Of a DNA stretch of 30,856 bases, positions 16,414 to 24,430 are shown one piece after another. Position numbers and translations under genes: made by a program. Every line of letters begins with the position of its first letter. Within the stretch, counting starts at the first letter, position 1. Source of the DNA: a virus; IMG/VR virus record IMGVR_UViG_3300000116_000003, positions 1-30,856 of that record; one strand, 5' to 3'. A model generated the notes under the pieces. It was not told the DNA's origin, did not search any database, and worked only from the letters and a program-made list of their open reading frames with translations.

Positions 16414-18381
16414 CTACCTGATTGATGAATGTGTGCCATACGTGCCATCAGGATCAACTGTATCTATGAAACTGATAACCTCACTTGGGTTTGTATATAC
16501 AGGATAAAAGAGTATTGGCTTTCCTATGTAGCTTTCTTGGTTATCATCTACACTATAACCCCATTGTATGCCTGTTTGATTTTCTGTATCTAAATCAATA
16601 AGTCTTTCGTATTTAAGATGTCCAAACGGTGCTACTACGTTATAAAGACCACCATCTACTATATTACCATTATCGTCTGTTTGGCTGTAATTAGTTTTTG
16701 CCCACTCTTGATTAAATAGTTGATTATGCGTAGCAGCTAAAAATGTATCTGTATCTTCATAACTAAACGACACCTCTCTATAAGGTAGTGATGCATTAAC
16801 TTGGCTGCTGTTTACATCTACAAACTCACTTATATCGTATGCTGTGCTTACTGACTTTTTGTTTGCATAAAAGTTATCTAAGGTGTCAACGTATATCGTG
16901 CCATTATTCTCTACAAAAGTTGTGAGATTAAACATCTTAAATAATCCTGTCAAAAAGTCTATTACTTTAATTTCAGGTATCTGTTCTGTAATTACAAACT
17001 CAAAATCAGCAGGTGCAGAAAACGAACCTGTATTATAACTTTCAATAGATGTTAAATTATATGTTATTTCATATTCAATGCTTGTAAAACTTAATGCACT
17101 TGTATAAGTTAAGGTTGCTGAGTATTGCGCATCATCTTGAACGTATGAATATAAATTTATGCTTTTAGTTGTGGACGTGATTCCTGATTCAGAATATATC
17201 TCTGTGCCATTACGAGTTATAGATATATCGTATGGTGTTGATGCAGTTCGTGTTAAAGATAAAGTAAAATTGTTTACTAAATTAGCGTCTGTTATTAATA
17301 GTGTAGATGAGTTTATAATTTCAGACACGCCACCTGATGCTGTTGACCATCCATTAATAAGTTTAGTTGATTGGTCTAATTGACCGCCACTTGACACTAC
17401 ACCTTTTTTTCTATGTAACCACATAAATAAATCATAGTAAGCATCATTTGAAGTACTAAAGAAATCTGTGCTAAAGTTTATATCATATCTGCTCTCAATG
17501 GCTAATATAATTTTATGCACTCTAAGTGCGTATTTTAATTCGTTCCATGCAAGTCCGTGATTATGCGAACCCCCTCCTGTGTGATTGAATAGATTGCCTG
17601 TGTTAGGCGTGTTATCCCCACTATCGTAGTAAAGTCTTTTTGTGTGAGTAATAATAGGCACTACTACATCGTTTGATGCAGGGTTTCTTTGTAATGCAGT
17701 TTTTATGTTTGCAGATGCAAAAGTTTCATTTAAGCTATTAAGACTTGTAAGTGAGTTTAGCTTATCTTCCCCTAATAGGTCTTTAAGCGTTACTGTGTTA
17801 CCAAAGAACGTAATACGATAAGACTTAGGTCTGCGGTTTTTTAAATCTACACCTTCTAACTTAATCTTACCTTTTTTAAATGGTAAGTTGTTTAATTCAA
17901 GTATGGCATCTTTCTTTGTTCTCGCATCAAAGCCCCCTGTAATATCAAAGTTATAATAGTGCTTGAATATCTTGTTGTTAGTCTTAGATGCAGGTAGGGT
18001 AAACGTCTTTGTAAACTCCGTGAACACCTTAGCGATATCCTTTACGTTTTGTATAGACTGAGTGATGCTTACAGATTCATCCTTAAACATATCTACTCTA
18101 TCTGTTTTTTTACCTATTATGACATATTGAGCCTGTTGATCGCCTTGCCCATATATAGTGTTAGATAATGTAAGTTTAGTTTCACTATCTACGCTTACGA
18201 TTGTAGCAGTAAAGACATCGTTAAATTCATTTGTGTTGGTTATCTCATAACCTTGTTTTACACCTGAGCTTATAAAGGTTGCGTTACTATCATTTAGTTC
18301 TGTACTAACCTGTTGGGTTTGTTGTGTAAAACCACCCAACCTTAAAACTATTTCACTTATATATAATTGAATGCTCTGCAC
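16414..18381 (-). CDS. Large tail/baseplate structural protein (655 aa)
   Basis: Size and position in the tail block. Conserved-looking N-terminal block RVDMFKDESVSITQSIQNVKDIAKVFTEFTKTFTLPAS. No enzyme motifs seen. Confidence 0.4.
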   Translation of the reverse strand: MQSIQLYISEIVLRLGGFTQQTQQVSTELNDSNATFISSGVKQGYEITNTNEFNDVFTATIVSVDSETKLTLSNTIYGQGDQQAQYVIIGKKTDRVDMFKDESVSITQSIQNVKDIAKVFTEFTKTFTLPASKTNNKIFKHYYNFDITGGFDARTKKDAILELNNLPFKKGKIKLEGVDLKNRRPKSYRITFFGNTVTLKDLLGEDKLNSLTSLNSLNETFASANIKTALQRNPASNDVVVPIITHTKRLYYDSGDNTPNTGNLFNHTGGGSHNHGLAWNELKYALRVHKIILAIESRYDINFSTDFFSTSNDAYYDLFMWLHRKKGVVSSGGQLDQSTKLINGWSTASGGVSEIINSSTLLITDANLVNNFTLSLTRTASTPYDISITRNGTEIYSESGITSTTKSINLYSYVQDDAQYSATLTYTSALSFTSIEYEITYNLTSIESYNTGSFSAPADFEFVITEQIPEIKVIDFLTGLFKMFNLTTFVENNGTIYVDTLDNFYANKKSVSTAYDISEFVDVNSSQVNASLPYREVSFSYEDTDTFLAATHNQLFNQEWAKTNYSQTDDNGNIVDGGLYNVVAPFGHLKYERLIDLDTENQTGIQWGYSVDDNQESYIGKPILFYPVYTNPSEVISFIDTVDPDGTYGTHSSIR

Positions 18382-19553
18382 TATCTAATGTTATTTATCT
18401 TATCAAAAGCGTGTTCAAAATCTACTGTATAGTTTGCAAGTTTATCGTTTACACTTGTCTTGTATGTGATTGATTTAGTTAATGGGATAACAGGTATAAC
18501 CTTCTCCTCTGTTTCTGTTATCTCTGTGTACCACACTTGCTCACTTATTAGCAGTTCCTCTAAGACAGCGTTATGGTCATCATTGACGTATCCTGTGTTC
18601 ATTGTGATCCTATCCTTACCCTGCGCTAAGAATGATTGTTGCTGATGCTTGTACGTTTTGTAGCTAAGAGTAGATTGGTCGAATATAGATGCCTTAAACT
18701 GCTCAGATGTTACATTTGTGGATTCTACTGACTTCTTGAAAAACCACAAGTCCTGCAAAGCACCATACTTATTCACGAATGTAACTTTGTAGGGTTCGTA
18801 CTTACACTCATAGATAGTATTAATTTTAACAACCTCTACACCTGCATCTGTGTTTACGATAACCTCATCTACTTCGCCTACATTATAATTACTTAAAAAT
18901 CGTTCTAAGCAGTCGCTATCCTCTAATGTGCCACCATCGTTTATAACTCGTTCCCTGTATGTATCGTTATCATCTAAACCACTTACTGTAACATATTCTA
19001 TTTGACCATTTGTGTTATTCACATCAACCCCTGCTGATGGTATGCTTTGAGTTCGTTTCTCAACACCTTGATAGAAAAATGATACGCTATTCGTGTCCTC
19101 TGTAAATACAGGGATTCTTACGTTGCTATCGTTTAGTCTGAATATAGTATTGTTTGACATTAGTAGCCCTCTTGACAACTGAGGATTCTTACCCTCGTGA
19201 AAGTACCCATAACCATCGAACGCTATATAGTCATTGTTAACAGGGCTTCCAACACTTGAACCCCCACCATCAACAGCATTGTACATAGTTATATCGGATT
19301 CTACCCATACTGTTTGGCTATCATATTCTCCATCAAACTCAATATCAATATAATCCCTTACAAGTTCACTAATTTCAAAGACCACGTAATTATTTGAGTC
19401 TATTTCGTTTTTAGTGATTGTGTATTGAGGGGAAGCAGGTTTGTTGGTTGTGAGTACACCTGTATAGATGTATAGCTGCATTGTAGCACTCGCTAAACTA
19501 CCATTAGTCGGTTTTATGTAAAAGGGGCTTCTTACGTTTATCTTTGTTGCCAT
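18381..19553 (-). CDS. Tail structural protein (390 aa; possibly distal-tail-like)
   Basis: Beta-rich ORF whose end shares a 1-nt overlap with the neighbouring gene. The function is inferred from position only. Confidence 0.35.
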   Translation of the reverse strand: MATKINVRSPFYIKPTNGSLASATMQLYIYTGVLTTNKPASPQYTITKNEIDSNNYVVFEISELVRDYIDIEFDGEYDSQTVWVESDITMYNAVDGGGSSVGSPVNNDYIAFDGYGYFHEGKNPQLSRGLLMSNNTIFRLNDSNVRIPVFTEDTNSVSFFYQGVEKRTQSIPSAGVDVNNTNGQIEYVTVSGLDDNDTYRERVINDGGTLEDSDCLERFLSNYNVGEVDEVIVNTDAGVEVVKINTIYECKYEPYKVTFVNKYGALQDLWFFKKSVESTNVTSEQFKASIFDQSTLSYKTYKHQQQSFLAQGKDRITMNTGYVNDDHNAVLEELLISEQVWYTEITETEEKVIPVIPLTKSITYKTSVNDKLANYTVDFEHAFDKINNIR

Positions 19554-20059
19554 TATATTAAGTTTTCTAAGTCGATAGCAAATTGTTCTTGTAATTCTTT
19601 GGGTAGGTTAGTAAATGCTTTCTCAAAGGGTTTAGTGAAAAACATAGATGGCTTAATACCATAGTTCTTTACAATCGTAGCAAGTGCAAACCCTGTCTGA
19701 TTATAGCTTAGGAATCTACCCTTTTTATCCCTAAACTGTATGCGCTTTGCAGAAGCCCACTTACCAAACGTACCTGTTTTACTTTCTAAGCCAATAAGAT
19801 TAGAGGATTGCTTGTAACTAAAACCACTTAAAGACTTACCACCCTTAACACCCTTAACACCCCTGTCCTGAAACATACCATAATCTTCCATCTCAAAGTA
19901 AAGTCTAAAACCTGTGCTTACTTCCTCTATGGTATAGCCAATAGAATCGTACAACTCTTTAGATATATTCTTTTTGCCTTTAGTAAGGTTTGTTCGTGAT
20001 TGCTGCACTACATACTTACCAAAAGCCCTTAGGGCTGCTTGTGTTTCTTTTAGCTGCAT
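19553..20059 (-). CDS. HK97 gp10-like tail-completion / neck protein
   Basis: The pattern ELYDSIGYTIEEVSTGFRLYFEMEDYGMFQDRGVKG resembles the gp10 family signature (G.L..SI...v......YG.f.E.G). Confidence 0.45.
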   Translation of the reverse strand: MQLKETQAALRAFGKYVVQQSRTNLTKGKKNISKELYDSIGYTIEEVSTGFRLYFEMEDYGMFQDRGVKGVKGGKSLSGFSYKQSSNLIGLESKTGTFGKWASAKRIQFRDKKGRFLSYNQTGFALATIVKNYGIKPSMFFTKPFEKAFTNLPKELQEQFAIDLENLI

Positions 20060-20523
20060 ATATTAATATCGTTTTCGATTAATACATCAAACGTACAGGC
20101 AAACCCTGCTACCTGATTCTCAAACCTATCGTAAAAAGGTTCACAGCTTGGATCGCCATCTAATTGGTATTTGGTTGTGTATAACGCACCACCTCTAAGC
20201 ACACCTATCAGTTTATTGATTACAGCAAGTTGTGTGTTGAGTACATCGTGTTCGTTGTTGTTACCCCTAAAGATATCTGTTGTTTCGTCTTTGCTTTGGT
20301 CAACGATATCCATAGCAAGGATAGACATACTAAAGCGTAATACCTGCTCTTCTATTGTTACGTTGTTTACAATGATATGACAAAGGGGAAAGATAGTTTG
20401 CTTAGATAGGTCAATATCTGATATATCGCCTGTGGTTACTGTGTTGACGTTTACATCGTTTAACAGTTGGTCTTTTATTGTTTCTGTGATTTGATAAAAA
20501 CCTCTTACACCTTGATTAGCCAT
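20050..20523 (-). CDS. Hypothetical neck/tail-terminator-like protein
   Basis: 157-aa ORF in the head-tail joining position. Only weak resemblance to DUF3168-type proteins. Confidence 0.3.
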   Translation of the reverse strand: MANQGVRGFYQITETIKDQLLNDVNVNTVTTGDISDIDLSKQTIFPLCHIIVNNVTIEEQVLRFSMSILAMDIVDQSKDETTDIFRGNNNEHDVLNTQLAVINKLIGVLRGGALYTTKYQLDGDPSCEPFYDRFENQVAGFACTFDVLIENDINICS

Positions 20524-20604
20524 TGAATTTACTTTTTATTTGTCTTGCTTCTAACTCTGCTTTGTCTTTCATAAAACTTAGGGCATATAAACATTGATGA
20601 GCAT

Positions 20605-21252
20605 TTAATTTAGTGATATCTTCAAATCGTCCAATATCCCCCTGAGCGAGTGCGTAAAGTGATTGATACCACCCCCATTTTCGTCCGAAATTAGATGCAG
20701 AGCTAAGTTCATCTCCTCGTTCCCCAAATAGTTCAGCATAGCTTTCGATAAGTCCATCCCTAAATTGTAAAAAAAAACAATAGAACCTAAGACTGCACTC
20801 ATAGGCATATCTTTCATCTGCTCTGCGTTATCTACGCTATAATCCTCTACGTTGTACTTATCGCCATATTGATTCGTGATTGGTCTGTATAGAACATTCA
20901 TAGCCCTATGCATATTATTCCAATCGCCTATAAACGTATCTAAGTCTATGTATTCGCCAAAGCTCATGTCATCTAACTTAGGTATAAACCCATACTGCGT
21001 ACCTTTCATCTTAAACATAGTTTGCAGCTTAGGTGTGTTGTTTAGCATCTCAGTCAATATCTGCACTATGCTGTTAATATCAGTAGCCCTCATAAGCAGG
21101 ACGTGATCACCACGTATCCCACAAAAGATTTCTATCATCTTAACAGCTAAAAACTTCTCATCCTCGTTGCTATCTTGTATCTTTAAATACCTTTGATATT
21201 GGTCTAAGGTTATCTCATTAAGTGATTCAGGGATTTCTATATCTACTTTCAT
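20605..21252 (-). CDS. Hypothetical protein (215 aa), first gene after terL
   Basis: ORF preceded by a phage promoter motif 5 nt from its ATG. No confident family recognised. Confidence 0.4.
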   Translation of the reverse strand: MKVDIEIPESLNEITLDQYQRYLKIQDSNEDEKFLAVKMIEIFCGIRGDHVLLMRATDINSIVQILTEMLNNTPKLQTMFKMKGTQYGFIPKLDDMSFGEYIDLDTFIGDWNNMHRAMNVLYRPITNQYGDKYNVEDYSVDNAEQMKDMPMSAVLGSIVFFYNLGMDLSKAMLNYLGNEEMNLALHLISDENGGGINHFTHSLRGILDDLKISLN

Positions 21253-21257
21253 ATATT

Positions 21258-21286
21258 TATATAACGTAAAAAAAAATGATTTTATC
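21258..21286 (-). promoter_or_regulatory. Phage-specific promoter motif copy: GATAAA-N13-ACGTTATATA
   Basis: 10-mer at 21258..21267. The hexamer tttatc at 21281..21286 overlaps the terL stop. The ATG at 21252 follows after 5 nt. Confidence 0.55.
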
Positions 21287-22493
21287 GAATTGCGTATTGA
21301 CCTCTGTTTGGGTTTTGCAGTTGGTATCCCACACTATAACGGATTGCATCAATAAGATGGCAATAAGCATCAACAGGTGTGTTTGACTTGCGCTCTAACC
21401 ACCTGTAATTATTCAGTTCTTTAATTAGGTTTGTACTATCAGGGCTTACTACTAAGTCGTAGTCTTGTAATAATGAGATACCATAGGTAACACTACCCTG
21501 CCCTTTGATTGATGGTTTTACATTACAACCTTTGGCTTTTATCTCGTGTATAAGTCTTGGCTCAGCACTATCGCCTACGATAAGCCCATCCTTAGCGTGT
21601 TTAAGGTTGAGTTGTGCTATCTGTGAGGTTGTGAGTCGTGGTAAGTAAAAACATTCCCTTAAATAAATTATTTTGTTATCTGTATCAATGTTTGTTTCTA
21701 CAAGTGTTGAGGGGTCTGCTGCAAATCCATAGTCTTGCCCCCATACGCTAACACCTTTCTTTTTAAACTCGCCAATAGTCCAATTATCAAATATCACGCC
21801 CTCAGCTTTAGCCATCCACGAGCCAAGCATTTGTTGTTTGTATTTCTCAGGTCTACGCTTTTGCATTTGCTCTATCTGTTCTATGTAGCTTTTAGATAGA
21901 TTGTTTAAGTTGTCTAAGTAGGTAGTGTGAATGTAGGTGGTGTTTTCTTTAGTTGTATTGCTACCTTCCTGAACCCCCTTATCCTCAAAGAATCTTGTAT
22001 AGACAAAATGCTCTTTGGTTGTAGGGTTGAGTATAAGGATAACTCTGTTTTGATTCCCTTGCTGTCTTACAGACAAGTCAATAGTATCAAACTTCTGTTC
22101 ATCTGTTAGTTCCTCTGCTTCATCTACCACCCACGTAGTGATACCTGTGAGTGATTTAAGACTTGCTGTCTGATCTCCTGAGCTTGTCTTGATACCCCTA
22201 AAGATTATCTTGCTCCCTGACTTTCTATTTATTATCTCGTCCTTTGTTACGTGGAAGTCTGCAATACAATCCATCAACTCTAACTTTTCTATAAACTCAG
22301 GGATGATAGAGATACGTGCAGATGTTAAAGTGTATCGTGTAAATAGGATTGTATGCCCTCGCTCATAGGTAAGTATAACAAGCAAAGCATTTATTGAGAA
22401 AGACTTACCTGAACCCCTACCACCTGTAACAACAAAGTATCTACTATCGTCGGTAGATATTGGTAGGTATTTCTTATGTATGTTAATCGACAA
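21282..22493 (-). CDS. terL: Terminase large subunit (PBSX/Terminase_3-like)
   Basis: Walker A VVTGGRGSGKSF, Walker B-like TWVVDEAEE, and a C-terminal nuclease-like region (VGDSAEP...HLIDAIRY). Confidence 0.9.
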   Translation of the reverse strand: MSINIHKKYLPISTDDSRYFVVTGGRGSGKSFSINALLVILTYERGHTILFTRYTLTSARISIIPEFIEKLELMDCIADFHVTKDEIINRKSGSKIIFRGIKTSSGDQTASLKSLTGITTWVVDEAEELTDEQKFDTIDLSVRQQGNQNRVILILNPTTKEHFVYTRFFEDKGVQEGSNTTKENTTYIHTTYLDNLNNLSKSYIEQIEQMQKRRPEKYKQQMLGSWMAKAEGVIFDNWTIGEFKKKGVSVWGQDYGFAADPSTLVETNIDTDNKIIYLRECFYLPRLTTSQIAQLNLKHAKDGLIVGDSAEPRLIHEIKAKGCNVKPSIKGQGSVTYGISLLQDYDLVVSPDSTNLIKELNNYRWLERKSNTPVDAYCHLIDAIRYSVGYQLQNPNRGQYAIR

Positions 22494-22737
22494 ACTTAAT
22501 TAAGTCCTTAAAGTTTATATTTAGCCCCTCAGATGAGTTGATATCCATACTCTCTTTTGGCTTACCATAACGATAGCTGAGATATAATTGTATTGCTCTC
22601 ATATCGCCTTTAGATACGAGTTCCCCTAACTTAGCGAGAGCTGTATCACTATCTATAATCGCATCTAAGCGTTCTACTAATTTAGATTCGTCTGCTTTAG
22701 GTTTTCTACCTGCGCCTTGTCTTGACCCTCCATGCAT
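22483..22737 (-). CDS. terS: Terminase small subunit (putative)
   Basis: 84 aa. The N-terminal GGSRQGAGRKPK motif is common in small terminases. Overlaps the terL start by 11 nt. Confidence 0.5.
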   Translation of the reverse strand: MHGGSRQGAGRKPKADESKLVERLDAIIDSDTALAKLGELVSKGDMRAIQLYLSYRYGKPKESMDINSSEGLNINFKDLIKFVD

Positions 22738-22761
22738 CTTGATAAAAGTTGATTATTCAAG

Positions 22762-22790
22762 TATATAACGTATTTATTCAGGATTTTGTG
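22762..22790 (-). promoter_or_regulatory. Phage-specific promoter motif copy: CACAAA-N13-ACGTTATATA
   Basis: 10-mer at 22762..22771, hexamer tttgtg at 22785..22790. The terS ATG is 24 nt downstream. Confidence 0.6.
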
Positions 22791-22905
22791 TACCCTTTAA
22801 TTCCTGCACCTCTTTAGCTAATTGATTAACCATTAGATAGAGTTTTGTTGTAGCTCTTTCTATCTGCTCAATCTTTTGTGCTTGAGTCCACTTTTTTGTT
22901 TTCAT
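22774..22905 (-). CDS. 43-aa micro-ORF (MKTKKWTQAQKIEQIERATTKLYLMVNQLAKEVQELKGTQNPE)
   Basis: Hand translation. ATGA overlap with the upstream micro-ORF. Confidence 0.4.
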   Translation of the reverse strand: MKTKKWTQAQKIEQIERATTKLYLMVNQLAKEVQELKGTQNPE

Positions 22906-23036
22906 CGCTTCTTGTTTTGATCAACGTATAATGCACGTTTGTTTGTTCTGTGGTATTGATAAGTGTTCTGCCATTCAGGCGTAGGAATAAACTTAATATC
23001 CTTATCTATTTCAGCTTTTGTCTTTTTTCGTTTCAT
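22902..23036 (-). CDS. 44-aa basic micro-ORF (MKRKKTKAEIDKDIKFIPTPEWQNTYQYHRTNKRALYVDQNKKR)
   Basis: Hand translation. Overlaps both neighbouring ORFs. Confidence 0.4.
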   Translation of the reverse strand: MKRKKTKAEIDKDIKFIPTPEWQNTYQYHRTNKRALYVDQNKKR

Positions 23037-23139
23037 CTAATTGTTTTTCGTATAGTGCGCAGTCGCTACATTGAAACACGCATCGTGAGTATGTAAATTC
23101 ATCATCAAGGCATATAAAGTTATTTTTTTCCATCTTCAT
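23011..23139 (-). CDS. 42-aa four-Cys micro-ORF (MKMEKNNFICLDDEFTYSRCVFQCSDCALYEKQLDETKKDKS)
   Basis: Hand translation. C10, C20, C24 and C27 could form a zinc knuckle. Confidence 0.35.
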   Translation of the reverse strand: MKMEKNNFICLDDEFTYSRCVFQCSDCALYEKQLDETKKDKS

Positions 23140-23224
23140 ATCCTTTTAAGTATCCTATAAACCAACAGAAGGCACAGAGTACTGCTGTTGTTAAGAACCC
23201 ACTAAAGTCCATATATAGTATCAT
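23120..23224 (-). CDS. 34-aa single-TM micro-ORF (MILYMDFSGFLTTAVLCAFCWFIGYLKGYEDGKK)
   Basis: Hand translation. ATGA overlap with the upstream ORF. Hydrophobic core. Confidence 0.35.
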   Translation of the reverse strand: MILYMDFSGFLTTAVLCAFCWFIGYLKGYEDGKK

Positions 23225-23355
23225 AATCGTTTGTATCTAAGGTCAGGTCTATCTTCATCACTAAAGTGTTCTATCATTCTATCACAATACCTTAATATCT
23301 TAGGATCATCGGTTGTTGTTTTCCAATGTTTGTAATATCGTATCATGTGTATCAT
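23221..23355 (-). CDS. 44-aa micro-ORF (MIHMIRYYKHWKTTTDDPKILRYCDRMIEHFSDEDRPDLRYKRL)
   Basis: Hand translation. TAATG overlap with the methyltransferase stop. Confidence 0.4.
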   Translation of the reverse strand: MIHMIRYYKHWKTTTDDPKILRYCDRMIEHFSDEDRPDLRYKRL

Positions 23356-23960
23356 TAGAATAGTCTTTGTTGTTGTTTATGTTGTTGTATTCGTTTCATG
23401 GCAGCTTCGTAATAGTCTTTGTCGAGTTCGCACCCTGTAAGCTCATATCCTAAATTATGACAAGCTATTGCTATTGAGCCACTACCTAAGTGGGTGTCGA
23501 GTATCTTGTCGTTTTCTTTGGCGTAATTCATAAGTAACCACTCATACAACTTAATTGGCTTTTGTGTAGGATGAAACCTTTGACTTCTGTCCATTGACAA
23601 ATGATGCTTATATGAACGTAAAGCTCTATTGAAAGATGTGAACGCAAGTTCGCCATCAGAAAAATCACTTGTACCATTCATCTTATCCCAATACACCCAA
23701 CCCATTGATGGCTTTTTTATTTTATCAATCATATAGTTTGCACCCCATATAATCTGATTCTTTGACACCCTAAATAGCTCGTCAAAAAATTCTTGTTTCG
23801 GAGTTTCACTATCCCATTGTTTGCCTTTGTTTTTATATTTTCCACTTCCTAATTGCATTTTATTTACCTCAATGCCATAAGGTGGGTCAACAATAGCAAG
23901 GTCGAAGTGGTTATTCTCATACCTTGCCATTAAACCCATACAGTCCTCGTTTGTTATCAT
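23355..23960 (-). CDS. DNA methyltransferase, beta-class N6_N4_Mtase (probably N6-adenine); no cognate endonuclease recognised
   Basis: Motif IV IVDPPYGI lies near the N-terminus and motif I LDTHLGSGSIAIAC near the C-terminus. Confidence 0.85.
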   Translation of the reverse strand: MITNEDCMGLMARYENNHFDLAIVDPPYGIEVNKMQLGSGKYKNKGKQWDSETPKQEFFDELFRVSKNQIIWGANYMIDKIKKPSMGWVYWDKMNGTSDFSDGELAFTSFNRALRSYKHHLSMDRSQRFHPTQKPIKLYEWLLMNYAKENDKILDTHLGSGSIAIACHNLGYELTGCELDKDYYEAAMKRIQQHKQQQRLF

Positions 23961-24430
23961 TCTACTGAGATTGCGTTTGCATCGTATATAGTCGCTTGTT
24001 GGTTTCTCGGTTGTATATCAAACCCTACCAACATAGCTTCTAAGCGTGTTTTAACGTCATCTCTGCGTTCCTCAGGTACTTGGTCTATAAGTGAGTACAA
24101 AGGGTTCTCTATTCGCTTCTTAATCATCTCTATTGGTTCGTCCTTTATATTGTAGAATATGTTATACACCTTATCAAAGTCTGCTTTGAAGTCTTTGTCT
24201 TGTTTGTAGTAATGGGTAAACCTATCTAAGTGATAGAGGACAGTTGCGTGGTTTTGCTTAAATGATTGTGAGATATGTCTTTTAATCACTTCTTGCTCTC
24301 TCATTATTCTATAAGCCATCATCCTACCCCTTACTGTTTTGTGCTTACGATTGTTCTCAGTTATATCTATACCTAAGTGTTCTTTGATGATTTTCTCTAA
24401 TCGTGTCTTAATGTCTTTTGTGTATGTCAT
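23957..24430 (-). CDS. DnaA domain-IV-like helix-turn-helix protein
   Basis: RKHKTVRGRMMAYRIMRE....ISQSFKQNHATVLYHLDRF...DKDFKADFDKV parallels E. coli DnaA R.[42 protein letters not shown]...DIKEDFSNL. Confidence 0.55.
   Translation of the reverse strand: MTYTKDIKTRLEKIIKEHLGIDITENNRKHKTVRGRMMAYRIMREQEVIKRHISQSFKQNHATVLYHLDRFTHYYKQDKDFKADFDKVYNIFYNIKDEPIEMIKKRIENPLYSLIDQVPEERRDDVKTRLEAMLVGFDIQPRNQQATIYDANAISVE

Noticed and set aside
16406-16457. The 44-nt overlap between the 655-aa ORF and the 122-aa ORF as a second frameshifted or split gene.
   Set aside because: An ATG at 16406 lies 7 nt after the upstream stop (16414..16416) and gives a clean, separate 105-aa gene. The upstream extension (MILMARMAHIHQSGSVN) looks like out-of-frame read-through.
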